A stretch of 64,000 nt of DNA from Candidatus Poribacteria bacterium (GCA_965214095.1 OZ243938.1:928001-992000); one strand, 5' to 3'; counted from the stretch's first letter, positions 9,390 to 19,820 are shown. The notes: generated by a model not told the origin, from the letters alone. Numbers and translations: made by a program.

Positions 9390-11726
9390 ATGATGATTAT
9401 TCAAAACAAATGTAAAGGTAATCCACCATTAATTATCCTCAGTTTAGGCATGCTCGTAATGATAGTTCTGATCGGTTTATGCACGCATCTTGCCGCTGAA
9501 GACTCATCACAATCTGCTGCAACTGTGAGTCCAGCACAAATCGGATTCAAATATCAAGAAATAAAAGCACTTTACAAAAAACTCGCAAGTAAGAATCAGC
9601 CAGAAGAATTAGACGTATTAGTTAAAAAAACAACAGATTTCGTCTCATCCTTTTCTGAATACAAACGTATAGATGAAGTCTACTACTATCTTGGCAACGG
9701 ATTAGTCCGATTAAACAGAGTAGAGGAAGGCATTAAAACCTTTGAAAAACTTATTGAGCAACATCCAGAAGCACGCTATGTTCAACCCAGTCTATTAGAA
9801 TTAGGTATGGCTTACGACAAACTCAAGAAACATGACAAAGCGGATGAAATCTATACAAAATTGATTGAACACCCCAAGTTTGGCTCACGATCTTATGCAA
9901 AACAAGCGCAGAAATATCTTGAAATGGACAGATCCAAGCGAACTGGTGAAATTCCTAAACCATCAACACCAACAACATCGCGACCAAGTGAGTGGATCGG
10001 TAAACCTGCTCCTGATTTTCAAGTAAAGGATCTGAAAGGGGAAGACCTTTCGTTGGAAAAATATAAAGGGCATGTTGTACTGCTCGATTTCTGGGCAACA
10101 TGGTGCGGACCTTGTATTGGTGAATTACCTAATGTCAAGAAAACATACCAAAAATACAAAGATCAGAAATTCCAAATTATTGGTATTAGTCTGGACAGAG
10201 CACAAAAAACACTTGAGACGTTTGTAGAAAAAGAAGGACTATCGTGGGTTCACTATTTCGATCAAAGTGGACAGATTGCAAATCAATATAAGGTAACCGG
10301 CATTCCATCCATGTTTCTGCTTGATGGTCAAGGAGTTATCCGAAAGGCAGGTCTCCGTGGACATGCGCTTGAAACTGCTGTTGCTGAATTGGTAGAGGAG
10401 AATCTCACAAATCCAGGAGGTACACCCAAGATAACACCTGAGTCCACTTCTCCACCCAAGTCAATCCCCGCTACGAAACTAATCAAAATGAAACCGAATC
10501 CGCAAAACGAACCAGCAGTTCAACCTACTAAGATAAAAGTAGAGGATTGGGTTGGCGAACCTGCACCTGATTTTCAAGTAAAAGATTTGAAAGGTGAAGA
10601 ACTCTCTTTGGAAAAATACAAAGGACAGATTGTGCTCCTTGATTTCTGGGCAACATGGTGTCCACCATGTATCAAAGAGATTCCGAAACTTAAGAAAGTT
10701 TATGAAAAATACAAAGATAAGAACTTTCAGATAATCGGTGTAAGTCTTGACAGAACAATGCCACCACTTGCAGCTTATGTAAAAGATGAAGGACTTTCGT
10801 GGGTGCATTATTGGGATGAAAGCCGAAATGTAAGAAATCAATACGGAGTCACCGCAATTCCAACTGCATTTCTGATTGACAGTGAAGGGATTATCAGGAA
10901 AGCAAGTCTCGGTGGATTTGATGTGGACTCTGCTGTTGCAGAATTAATGAAGGAGAATCCTACTAAACCTGATGAGACCGTTACTCCTAAAAAAACGACT
11001 GACGACTTACCAGAAATCGGTGAAGACGTAGACCCTAAAGCCAAAGAAGTAATTACTGCAACGATTGCTGCACATGGTGGACTTGATAAACTAAAATCTG
11101 TCAAAAACATCGTGATGGAATCCCGCAGTTTTGAATATTTCCCTGATGGTACCGTGCAGGATGAGGGACGGAACAAAACTTACTATTATCCTAACAAAGC
11201 ACGCGCCGATTGGGACTTAGATGGGGGAAGCGACAGCTTAATCTTCAATGAAGATGCTATGTATAGGGTAACGAATGGAAAGGCACAACCTGTTCCAGAG
11301 GATAAGGCAGAATCTATTATTTCATTCTACAAGGATGGTCTTTTCAGAGAACCGATTTGGCTTCTGTCAAAACTCTCACAGGATGCAATTCCTGTTAAAT
11401 ACTTAGGCACTGAAGAAGTAGGTGATGATACAACTTCTGTTCTCCTCCTTCCACAACCTTCTGGGAAGAAACTGAAAGTCTACGTGAGCGAAAAGACACA
11501 CTATATAATTCAGTTTGTTTACGGTTTTGAAATGGAAGGTGAAGACAAGAAAATTACTGCTACTTTGGATGATTATCGGGCAGTGGATGGTGTCATGATC
11601 TCTCATCTTCGTACGACCAAGAATGGTGAATATCGTCAAATCCTGATAACTGACATATCCTTAAATGCAGAAATAGACGATGCGCTGTTCAATCCTGATA
11701 CAAATCTCACAATAGAAAAGGAATAG
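9390..11726 (+). CDS. Exported protein: TPR, two TlpA thioredoxin domains and a C-terminal LolA-like beta domain
   Basis: WATWCGPC and WATWCPPC motifs; AAHGGLDKL...DYRAVDGV...LF domain. Confidence 0.85.
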   Translation: MMIIQNKCKGNPPLIILSLGMLVMIVLIGLCTHLAAEDSSQSAATVSPAQIGFKYQEIKALYKKLASKNQPEELDVLVKKTTDFVSSFSEYKRIDEVYYYLGNGLVRLNRVEEGIKTFEKLIEQHPEARYVQPSLLELGMAYDKLKKHDKADEIYTKLIEHPKFGSRSYAKQAQKYLEMDRSKRTGEIPKPSTPTTSRPSEWIGKPAPDFQVKDLKGEDLSLEKYKGHVVLLDFWATWCGPCIGELPNVKKTYQKYKDQKFQIIGISLDRAQKTLETFVEKEGLSWVHYFDQSGQIANQYKVTGIPSMFLLDGQGVIRKAGLRGHALETAVAELVEENLTNPGGTPKITPESTSPPKSIPATKLIKMKPNPQNEPAVQPTKIKVEDWVGEPAPDFQVKDLKGEELSLEKYKGQIVLLDFWATWCPPCIKEIPKLKKVYEKYKDKNFQIIGVSLDRTMPPLAAYVKDEGLSWVHYWDESRNVRNQYGVTAIPTAFLIDSEGIIRKASLGGFDVDSAVAELMKENPTKPDETVTPKKTTDDLPEIGEDVDPKAKEVITATIAAHGGLDKLKSVKNIVMESRSFEYFPDGTVQDEGRNKTYYYPNKARADWDLDGGSDSLIFNEDAMYRVTNGKAQPVPEDKAESIISFYKDGLFREPIWLLSKLSQDAIPVKYLGTEEVGDDTTSVLLLPQPSGKKLKVYVSEKTHYIIQFVYGFEMEGEDKKITATLDDYRAVDGVMISHLRTTKNGEYRQILITDISLNAEIDDALFNPDTNLTIEKE

Positions 11727-11731
11727 AAGAA

Positions 11732-12163
11732 ATGATACGCATCAATTTGATTTTACTTGTAATTCTCTGTCTCTGTATGTTTGTTAGTGTTGTCCATGTG
11801 CAAGGTGCAACAATCAAAGGAGAAGTCATTGAGGCAACTCCAGAACAGAGACCGATTGCAGGCGTTACCGTAAAAATAGTTAATGTTGCAACTGAAGAAG
11901 AATTTACCGTCACAACAAATAAAGACGGTTTCTATGAGAAAAAGGGATTACCCGCCGGTCGCTATATTATAAGTGTATCCAAAAATGGTTATGGAGACAG
12001 AGTAGGCAAATCCAAAGTTGTTGCTGCCGGTGGTGAAATCTTTGACAGAATCAAGATGAGAAAAATTGAGAACATATTCACCTTTTTGTTTGATCTTTAC
12101 GGGTACTTTATCATTGGCGTTATGATAGCATTTATCCTAATATTTACAGGTGCAGAGTTGTAA
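11732..12163 (+). CDS. Carboxypeptidase-regulatory-like domain membrane protein
   Basis: IKGEV...PIAGVTV...LPAGRYIISVSKNGY, signal peptide, C-terminal TM helix. Confidence 0.8.
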   Translation: MIRINLILLVILCLCMFVSVVHVQGATIKGEVIEATPEQRPIAGVTVKIVNVATEEEFTVTTNKDGFYEKKGLPAGRYIISVSKNGYGDRVGKSKVVAAGGEIFDRIKMRKIENIFTFLFDLYGYFIIGVMIAFILIFTGAEL

Positions 12164-12192
12164 TCTCCTATCTTTTTTCACAGAAAGTGATC

Positions 12193-12295
12193 TATAGTAG
12201 ATTTTGAAATTACTTGAACACTCTACACCGGCTAGGTTAGGAAACCTCGCCTACCGTCGGATGAAAGTGTAAATATAATTTTATACTTCACCATA
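12193..12295. mobile_element. MITE family A (TATAGT...ACTATA ends) carrying a GTAG REP
   Basis: Close homologue of 37833-37935; internal GGTTAGGAAACC hairpin followed by CTACC. Confidence 0.75.
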
Positions 12296-12349
12296 TAAGT
12301 TGTAGAAGAGATTTGTTCTTAAATAATTTGGTCTTATGAGATTCTGAAA

Positions 12350-12847
12350 ATGGAGCAAAAAATGACTCGCTTATGTTCAATTAGGATGTATATTGTATGT
12401 TTGTGTTGTTTTATGTGTTTCGGTATTGCATACGGACAAGATGCTTTTATTGATAGTGGAGGTGCAACAATCAGAGGTCAAGTCCTTGACGCATCTCCTG
12501 AACGGAAACCGATAGAAGGTGTTACCGTGAAAATAGTGTATTCTGCAGATGGTCAGGAATATACCGTCACAACTGATAAAGATGGTAATTACAAAAAAAC
12601 CGGGTTACCTGCAGGTCGATATATTATCAGTGTATCTAAGGATGGTTACGGAGACAGAATGGGCAAGTCAAAGGTGCTTGCTGCAGGCGGTGAAATCTAT
12701 GACCAAATCAAGATGCTAAAAAAAGAAAACATAATTACATTTGTTCAAAGACAACCTCTTGTATGGTTACTTGTTGCTGGTGTTGCCATTGTAATTATTG
12801 TCGCTCTTGTGATTTTCTTCATAGATTTACGGAAACCGCGTTATTGA
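12350..12847 (+). CDS. Carboxypeptidase-regulatory-like domain membrane protein (paralogue of 11732-12163)
   Basis: Shares GLPAGRYIISVSKxGYGDRxGKSKVxAAGGEI. Confidence 0.8.
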   Translation: MEQKMTRLCSIRMYIVCLCCFMCFGIAYGQDAFIDSGGATIRGQVLDASPERKPIEGVTVKIVYSADGQEYTVTTDKDGNYKKTGLPAGRYIISVSKDGYGDRMGKSKVLAAGGEIYDQIKMLKKENIITFVQRQPLVWLLVAGVAIVIIVALVIFFIDLRKPRY

Positions 12848-12856
12848 GGAAGGTAA

Positions 12857-13948
12857 ATGGCACATGTCATTCTGAACGATGTAACTAAAATATACAACAA
12901 TGATATTCATGCTGTAGATAACGCAGACTTTCAAATCCCAGATGAGTCGTTTACTGTGCTTGTTGGACCTTCGGGATGTGGCAAGTCCACAATCTTACGG
13001 ATGATTGCAGGACTGGAAGAGATTACTGAAGGTGACATCTATATTGACGATGAACGCATTAACGACGTGCCTCCGAAGGATAGGGACATCGCAATGGTAT
13101 TTCAAAACTATGCACTCTATCCACACATGACGGTGTATAAGAATATGGCGTTTGGATTAAAACTGCGGAAATATGAGAAAAAGGAGATTGACACACGCGT
13201 CAACGAAGCAGCAAACATCCTCAGTATTTCGCATCTGTTGAATCGAAAACCGAAGCACCTTTCCGGCGGTGAACGTCAACGTGTAGCAGTCGGCAGAGCA
13301 ATCGTTCGGCAACCGAAGGTATTCCTATTTGATGAACCTTTGAGCAACCTTGATGCAAAACTTCGCGTCCAAATGCGGATGGAAATCAGCCGTCTGCATG
13401 ATCGACTCAAGGCGACTATAATCTATGTCACGCACGATCAGGTTGAGGCGATGACGATGGGAGATCAGATCGTTGTTCTCAATGAAGGGAAAATCCAACA
13501 GATCGCAGAACCGGGCACGCTCTACCACAAACCCACTAATCAATTTGTCGGTGGTTTCATCGGCACACCACCAATGAACTTTATTGATGCACAGATTGAG
13601 AGAAATAACGGCACACCAACATTGAAGTTTGAAGACTTCTCGTTGAAACTGAATACTGAATTGCAATCAATTCTCAGTGAAATATCGGGGAACTCTGTGA
13701 CGCTCGGTATCCGTCCTGAAGATATTTATGTCGGAGAAAACGAAGTTAATCAAGTTATCTCACATGTGGAACTTGTTGAACCGCTTGGAAACCATGCCCT
13801 TCTGTATCTACGGACAGAGAAGAATACCTTTGTTATCCAATCAAATCTGGAAGATTTACCACAACACAACTCGCCTTTGACGGTGAGTTTTGACACTGAA
13901 AAAGCACACCTATTCCACACAGAGACAGGCGAATCGTTGACAGCATGA
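12857..13948 (+). CDS. Sugar ABC transporter ATP-binding subunit (MalK/MsmX/UgpC family), orphan
   Basis: GPSGCGKS, VFQNYALYPHM, LSGG, DEPLSNLD, TOBE domain. Confidence 0.95.
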   Translation: MAHVILNDVTKIYNNDIHAVDNADFQIPDESFTVLVGPSGCGKSTILRMIAGLEEITEGDIYIDDERINDVPPKDRDIAMVFQNYALYPHMTVYKNMAFGLKLRKYEKKEIDTRVNEAANILSISHLLNRKPKHLSGGERQRVAVGRAIVRQPKVFLFDEPLSNLDAKLRVQMRMEISRLHDRLKATIIYVTHDQVEAMTMGDQIVVLNEGKIQQIAEPGTLYHKPTNQFVGGFIGTPPMNFIDAQIERNNGTPTLKFEDFSLKLNTELQSILSEISGNSVTLGIRPEDIYVGENEVNQVISHVELVEPLGNHALLYLRTEKNTFVIQSNLEDLPQHNSPLTVSFDTEKAHLFHTETGESLTA

Positions 13949-14031
13949 TATAGTGAAATGTGAAAATACGGGCACACTCCACGGTAGATGCGGTTTCCTA
14001 ACTGTATCTATGAGACTGAACAAACACCAGT

Positions 14032-14153
14032 GGACTGTCTATTCTTATGTTGTAGGTCGGGTAGAGAGACGACACCCGACTTTATTGATGATAAATGGCT
14101 GCATGTCGGGTTTCGTGCCTCTACCCGACCTACAATTTTAGCGTAGACGCTCC
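14032..14153. mobile_element. MITE family F carrying a REPIN-like doublet, 6-bp duplication
   Basis: GGACTGTCTA/TAGACGCTCC ends; ACCAGT at 14026-14031 and 14154-14159; inverted GTAGGTCGGGTAGAG pair at 14052-14133. Confidence 0.7.
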
Positions 14154-14414
14154 ACCAGTTCGGTTAGGAAACCGAACCTACCTTAGTGTAAATAATTATA
14201 CCGAATTTATGAGGCTCAACAAAAACCAGTTCGGTTAGGAAACCGAACCTACCTTAGTGTGTAAATAATTATACCGTATCTATGAGGCTCAACAAAAACC
14301 AGTTCGGTTAGGAAACCGAACCTACCGTGTGTAAATAATTATACCGTATCTATGAGACTGAACAGACACCAGTTCGGTTAGGAAACCGAACCTACCGTTG
14401 TGTGTAAATAATTA
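14154..14414. repeat. Tandem array of four ~71-bp units, each with the REP hairpin GTTCGGTTAGGAAACCGAACCTACC
   Basis: Units start at 14154, 14225, 14298 and 14368; linkers are near-identical. Confidence 0.9.
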
Positions 14415-14454
14415 TGATTTTTACTATAATGTCATGTGGTATATAGTAAATCCT

Positions 14455-15477
14455 TTAGAGTAGATCTTGAATCTGCTGCCATGTCTCATCATCAATAGGT
14501 ATGCCTTCCTGTTCACGTTTGCGTTGTTCATTCCAACCGCGTTCACCCGGCATCAAAATCTCATCAACTCCAGCAGCGCGCTTTGCAGATTTGATATAGT
14601 TGATAAAACGTTCTATCTCTGCACTAAACGCAGGAAACTCTCGGAAACTCGCAACATTCATTACATGCACAAATAACCCATTGCCAACACGTGCATCATC
14701 GCCACGACTGGAACCTGCACCGGTCAATGCACCGGCAAGTATATCCACAATCACACTCAATCCAAAACCTTTGTGTGCCGCAATCCCACCGAATGGTAAT
14801 ATGGCAGCAGGTGTTGTTTCGTAGAAATTGTTTGGGTTTGTCGTTGACTCACCATCTGAGTTGATAAGCCATCCTTCTGGTAGTGCTTCATTTCGATGTT
14901 GTTTCACACGGATCTTACCCGATGCAACAACACTGGTGGACATATCCAATACAATCGGGTTTTTGCCTTCAATAGGCACTGCACATGCAATCGGATTTGT
15001 GGAGAGTCTCCCTTCAACACCACCGTGCGGTGCAACACATGTGCCACCACCGTGGTCGTTCACCATCAGCAGTGCAATCATCTTAGCATCTGTAGCAAGA
15101 CAAGCATAGCCACCTAACCTACCAACCTCATTACATCGTGACACTGCAACTGAACTCACATCCGTTTGCTTTGCTTTCTGAATTGCTATTTCGACTGCAC
15201 GCGTTGCAATGACAGGTCCGAACCCCCAATTGCCGTCCAACACTGCTATGGATGCTGATTCATGAACTGTATCAGTCGGTGCGTTGGGTTGGATTAGTCC
15301 TGCTTCTATCTCACGCACATATTTTGGGAGATGGATCACACCGTGTGAATCGTGACCGACAAGATTCGCATCTATCATAGAATGGGTAACCACTTTTGCT
15401 TCGTCTGGAGGGATATTGTATTTTTGGAATACGTTTAGACATAAGGTAGTGAGTTCTTTGGTAGAAACAATTGGCAT
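14455..15477 (-). CDS. Malate/L-lactate dehydrogenase (Ldh_2/YbiC) family oxidoreductase
   Basis: GHDSHG, LDGNWGFG, STNPIA, DMSTS, HKGFGL. Confidence 0.92.
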   Translation of the reverse strand: MPIVSTKELTTLCLNVFQKYNIPPDEAKVVTHSMIDANLVGHDSHGVIHLPKYVREIEAGLIQPNAPTDTVHESASIAVLDGNWGFGPVIATRAVEIAIQKAKQTDVSSVAVSRCNEVGRLGGYACLATDAKMIALLMVNDHGGGTCVAPHGGVEGRLSTNPIACAVPIEGKNPIVLDMSTSVVASGKIRVKQHRNEALPEGWLINSDGESTTNPNNFYETTPAAILPFGGIAAHKGFGLSVIVDILAGALTGAGSSRGDDARVGNGLFVHVMNVASFREFPAFSAEIERFINYIKSAKRAAGVDEILMPGERGWNEQRKREQEGIPIDDETWQQIQDLL

Positions 15478-15484
15478 TGTGGGA

Positions 15485-16312
15485 TTATATGTCTTCTGTC
15501 CGATTAAGGATTTCTGCTATCCGTTTCGCGAAACGATACGCACTGTTGTCCTCTGGAGCATATCCTATCACCTTGCGCGCATTGGTAATGCTCCAGAACT
15601 TATGGGAGTTGTCGCTGATACCGTAGAATATCTGGAATGGGATTCCGTTCTCGTCCTCAATGTTCTCTGTTTCAATACTCTTGACAAAGAGTTGAACCTG
15701 ATCACGGACACTCAAGTATGCACCAAGTGCGCGGTGCATTTTATGATAATTGTCCGCTGTGATGTCATTCAAATCGGTTTCCCGCGGCGCACCGATACGG
15801 ATTTGCACATTCTGCAGTTTCTTGTTCTTCCTAAAGCCAGTGGCAAAAACAAAACCGAGATGTTCATACGCTTCTTTTGCCCATCCATAAAAGTTATCTG
15901 ACAAGGGACGCATCTCAGGTGTTACAAAATCCCATTTTCCTGACCAGATAAGTTTTTCATAATAGTCTGCTGCGTGGTTAGAACTACACACCACAACGCG
16001 CCGCACATCCGTTTCCCAACTGGTATGGTATATGTTATATGCCATCTGTATGTTGTTGAGTTCGTTCTCAAACCCACCGCCTTGAAATGCACAGTGCACA
16101 ACAGCGTCTACACCTTCAAAATATCGTTTATATAACTCTCGGTCAGGGTTGCTAACATCAACGATGTGAACACCATCCATCTCTTCTCCCTGCCGATTTG
16201 TGTTTCGGACATCAAGTAGAACAAGATCGTATCGTTCGCGAAATGCTGGCAGCATCCGTCCTGCAATATAACCTGCTGCACCTGTGATTAAGACTTTTCT
16301 GCGGTTTGGCAT
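15485..16312 (-). CDS. NAD(P)-dependent oxidoreductase (uronate dehydrogenase-like SDR)
   Basis: ITGAAGYIA, SSNHA, YGWAK, RIG. Confidence 0.85.
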   Translation of the reverse strand: MPNRRKVLITGAAGYIAGRMLPAFRERYDLVLLDVRNTNRQGEEMDGVHIVDVSNPDRELYKRYFEGVDAVVHCAFQGGGFENELNNIQMAYNIYHTSWETDVRRVVVCSSNHAADYYEKLIWSGKWDFVTPEMRPLSDNFYGWAKEAYEHLGFVFATGFRKNKKLQNVQIRIGAPRETDLNDITADNYHKMHRALGAYLSVRDQVQLFVKSIETENIEDENGIPFQIFYGISDNSHKFWSITNARKVIGYAPEDNSAYRFAKRIAEILNRTEDI

Positions 16313-16429
16313 TGTACTTCCTTGACATTATAGTGAAATGTAAACATACGTGCACACTCCTCGGAAGATGCGGTTTCCTAACTGCATCTATGAGACTGAA
16401 CAAACACCGGTTCGGTTAGGAAACCGAAC

Positions 16430-17917
16430 CATAGGCGTCAATTTAGTGATTTTTTGCTGCATTTTCAAGGTGTTCTAATGTTGTGTCTCTATTAGCACGT
16501 CTCTCAATGTAGCACCCATTTTGGAAAGCGTGTTTTATTTCATCAAAAGTTTGCCGAAAAGACATTATAGACTTGCGGAAACCTATTGCAAGTGTGCGTG
16601 CGAAGGTGCTAATAAGTTCTGCTGTTTTTGTTAGACTATGTTTTAGACATCGCCAACCGACCCTTAACATGATCCAGTGCCGCATAATTGCGACGATGAG
16701 TTTTGCATATAACTCACATAAGATTCTATATGGCTTGTCGCTACGGGAGGTATCAACTTTTCCAATGCTTTTGAAGCACTTGAACATCAACTCAACCTGC
16801 CATCGGATGCGTGCGACAGCACAAATCTGTTCAGCAGTCAGATGGTCTACTTTTATATTAGTAATGTAGATATTCCATCTTGCGAGCTGAAGTCGTTTGG
16901 GTGAAGGTTTCGTATACTTCCGCTTTGCACGATGTTTTATCTCCTTAATACGCTGTTGGGTTTCTGTTTCTGAAAGTCTTTGAACAACTAATCGTGCTTT
17001 GAGACGCTTGTTTTTACCTATAAAGATTTGTTTGTCCTTGAAGTTATTAGAACCCTTCTTGAGCCATTTTAGCAAGCAAAAAGGGGCACCTGTTTCATCA
17101 TAGAGAAAACACTGGACTTTGTAGCGTGATATCCAAAAGACGTTTGCATCGGAAAGTCTTTTGAAGGTATCAAGTGAATAATAGCCGAGGTCTGCGAGGC
17201 GCAAACTGCCGGCGGGTAGCATGTCAATCTGCTTTTCAATAGCACTATCAGCGGTGATACCATTGGTCAGTTCAAAGTGTTCAAAAGTGCCTGTGGCACT
17301 ATCAAAACGCAGGTGGAGTTTCACGGCAGCTGTGTTCGGTTTATTCTTTTTGCTTCCACCTTCCCAAGTTTCGTGGAGCACATCAGGGAGTGTAATCCAA
17401 GAACTATCTTGTAAATAGACACCAGTGAACTTTTCAAGGAGCGGAAGCGTTTGCGGGTCGGCAGAAATAACCTTGGACGCAGTAGCATCAAGGATAACTT
17501 TCAGGGTCTCTGCTGCTTCAGATGTAAATCGTTGTTCAATGGCTTGTCGTGAGATTGAAATCCCCAGCACACCAGCGGTTTGCGCAAGTTGTGTATAGGT
17601 GGCATCTGGGTTTTCTAACCAAGTCCAAATGAGTATTTGAGCAAAACGACTACCGTTGAGTTTACAACTTCTTTTGACAAAACCTGTATTGAGAGCTGCA
17701 TCATTGGCTATAGTTGTAAGAATATGTTGCATTTCTTTGGGAACTTGTGATAATGTATTCATTAGGAAACACCTCTTTGTAGACCATAATAAATCTATAT
17801 CTACATTATATATGAGGTGTTTTCATTTTTACAGAAGTTTTATTTCATAATTTATACTTCCTCTGATTAAAAGTTGACACTTATCGGTCTTGGTGCATCC
17901 TTAAATTGACGCCTATG
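16430..17917 (-). mobile_element. IS4-family insertion sequence, 1488 bp, perfect 16-bp TIR, 20-bp target duplication
   Basis: CATAGGCGTCAATTTA / TAAATTGACGCCTATG; GTTCGGTTAGGAAACCGAAC at 16410-16429 and 17918-17937. Confidence 0.92.
16443..17762 (-). CDS. IS4-family DDE transposase
   Basis: LQDSS, LADLGY, RWQVELMFK (YREK-like). Stop codon lies inside the TIR. Confidence 0.93.
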   Translation of the reverse strand: MNTLSQVPKEMQHILTTIANDAALNTGFVKRSCKLNGSRFAQILIWTWLENPDATYTQLAQTAGVLGISISRQAIEQRFTSEAAETLKVILDATASKVISADPQTLPLLEKFTGVYLQDSSWITLPDVLHETWEGGSKKNKPNTAAVKLHLRFDSATGTFEHFELTNGITADSAIEKQIDMLPAGSLRLADLGYYSLDTFKRLSDANVFWISRYKVQCFLYDETGAPFCLLKWLKKGSNNFKDKQIFIGKNKRLKARLVVQRLSETETQQRIKEIKHRAKRKYTKPSPKRLQLARWNIYITNIKVDHLTAEQICAVARIRWQVELMFKCFKSIGKVDTSRSDKPYRILCELYAKLIVAIMRHWIMLRVGWRCLKHSLTKTAELISTFARTLAIGFRKSIMSFRQTFDEIKHAFQNGCYIERRANRDTTLEHLENAAKNH

Positions 17918-18002
17918 GTTCGGTTAGGAAACCGAACCTACCGTAGTGTGTAAATAATTATAGTTTTTACTATAATGTATTACTGTAATAAGCATGGACA
18001 GA

Positions 18003-19682
18003 TTACGGAATTTGCAACTTATCTTTACAGTGTCGCGCAAGGGTTTTCATCTCACCAATAACCTGTGTTTCAGTTTGCATGAGTTGATTATAGAATGGTG
18101 GAACAGGTTCTCTTCCAAACAACTTATCAAAGAAACTACGTTGTGCCTCTATCGGCATCTCAAACCGAGATGTTTCTGCTCTTGAAGGATCTACGCCCAA
18201 ATACGCAATTGTAAAATAGTGCGATCCATCATCTTTTATAATCTCTCCATTCTGAATACTGCCGGTAATCTTCCGTCCATAACTCACGGAATAGACTCTA
18301 CCGGTCTTTTGACTCAGGACAGTATACCCACCCTCGTCAATCGATTCGTTCCAGCATTCCTCAAATCCATTCTGTGGAAGACGTTGGCGTAGTTCTTCTG
18401 CTGATCGCACGACAAAACTATTCTGATGTGGTGCCTTGGTGATAACGAATTCCTCGTTCTGCTCCTTAATTGGGTGTTGACCTGAAAGTAGGTCAACACC
18501 ATCAAGCGTCCAGACGACACCTGCTTGAATACCTTTTGCTAAGTTTTGGTGTGTCTCAACAAACTCGCCGTTGAGTGGATGAAGTTGGTAATCTCCATTT
18601 CCATTGAAAACCGCTCTCAATTTTCTCCGATGATCTATCACGGAGAACCGTTTATCAGGAAGCGGTATCTCTAACTGCATTGTATATCCTATATCCAAAT
18701 CTGTTGTGAGATTTAGTTGTGATTTACGGAGGTTGGCAAGCCGTGTCAATGCAGTTTGACTTTTGGATAAAACGCGTCCGATTAGATATTTACTACGAAG
18801 ATTAGGTATTTCAGTAGCAAGACACTCAAGTGTTGCTTCATCCAACTTCTCCAACATCACTTTGTGTTCCCAACGTGTGCCGCGTTCGTGTACAAGGATT
18901 TGAAACTGTTGTTTATTACCACTGGGACGAATATACCCAAGTGCAGTCCACGGGTCAAAGGTAGCACGATAATAGCCACTTGTTTCTGCATCACCGCCTG
19001 CTAAAACGCAATCCCGTCGTTCGTATCGGGAATAGAGACCGAATTGGAATTCATAAGATTCGTAGTTTTCCAAAGCTTTACGCAGATCATGTGCAAACTC
19101 ACTTCCTCGTGAAAACTTACTAAATATTTGTTCTGTCTGATGCGGCTGATTGAGAGCATCAAGGAAGGAACCGATTGGAATGCCTGCCTCCTCAACACCT
19201 TCGTCTTCACTTTTCCCGAACACCTTTGTTTTCGTTTTGAAGGGAGGATTGCGAAGTGTTACATCACGCTGTGAAACAAGTTGTAGAGCGGGATCGTCAG
19301 ACATACCTGCAAGTGTCGGTGCATCTCCAAGGATTTCAGCTAACTTTCTATCATCAATCTTATCCATTAACACCGTACCACGTTTGAGTTCAGCGAAATG
19401 GATAATATCATTAAGGCTATATTGTAGCGGGGCACTAGATGATAGGTTGTCGTAATTTGAACGATGGAAACGGATACGTGGCTTTATACGAAAGACAGGT
19501 GTGAGACCGTAATCTTTCAGCAACGCATACAAGGTCACCGTATACGACTCCTCATGCACTTTCTGTGCGAGAATACCGCCATCAGAGGTTAAATTGTTGA
19601 CGATTAACTGATCTTGTACAGGACTGCTATCATTGCCAAAAATCATCATCCTATGTTCTTCTCTATTGTCATCAACTAACAT
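18003..19682 (-). CDS. Putative VTC/CYTH (triphosphate tunnel) domain protein with a C-terminal extension
   Basis: Motifs in VTC-domain order: REEHR, YTVTLY, RIKPRIRF, FAELK, YERR, RATFD, WEHK, LSKS. GGGGAGG RBS. Confidence 0.6.
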   Translation of the reverse strand: MLVDDNREEHRMMIFGNDSSPVQDQLIVNNLTSDGGILAQKVHEESYTVTLYALLKDYGLTPVFRIKPRIRFHRSNYDNLSSSAPLQYSLNDIIHFAELKRGTVLMDKIDDRKLAEILGDAPTLAGMSDDPALQLVSQRDVTLRNPPFKTKTKVFGKSEDEGVEEAGIPIGSFLDALNQPHQTEQIFSKFSRGSEFAHDLRKALENYESYEFQFGLYSRYERRDCVLAGGDAETSGYYRATFDPWTALGYIRPSGNKQQFQILVHERGTRWEHKVMLEKLDEATLECLATEIPNLRSKYLIGRVLSKSQTALTRLANLRKSQLNLTTDLDIGYTMQLEIPLPDKRFSVIDHRRKLRAVFNGNGDYQLHPLNGEFVETHQNLAKGIQAGVVWTLDGVDLLSGQHPIKEQNEEFVITKAPHQNSFVVRSAEELRQRLPQNGFEECWNESIDEGGYTVLSQKTGRVYSVSYGRKITGSIQNGEIIKDDGSHYFTIAYLGVDPSRAETSRFEMPIEAQRSFFDKLFGREPVPPFYNQLMQTETQVIGEMKTLARHCKDKLQIP

Positions 19683-19820
19683 GAACTTTTCCTCCCCTGA
19701 TGTATACCAAATTGGCTTCCAGTGTTTTCTGACATGATTGCATGCGAGGTGCGGTTACCTTGTGCTACAATCTCGGATAATTAGGTATAGATTATTTCTC
19801 TCAGTGCCAAATTGATAGAT

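Larger units (their letters stand above)
13949..14428. mobile_element. MITE family A with a nested MITE and an internal tandem amplification
   Basis: TATAGTGAAA...TTTACTATA ends; compare the simple copy at 46018-46155. Confidence 0.8.
16329..17974. mobile_element. MITE family A copy interrupted by an IS4-type element
   Basis: Left part 16329-16429 and right part 17918-17974 together rebuild the 46018-46155 element. Confidence 0.85.

Noticed and set aside
14154-14414. CRISPR-like array of a palindromic ~30-bp repeat at ~71-bp period
   Set aside because: The would-be spacers are nearly identical, the repeat is a dispersed REP, and there are no cas genes in the window.
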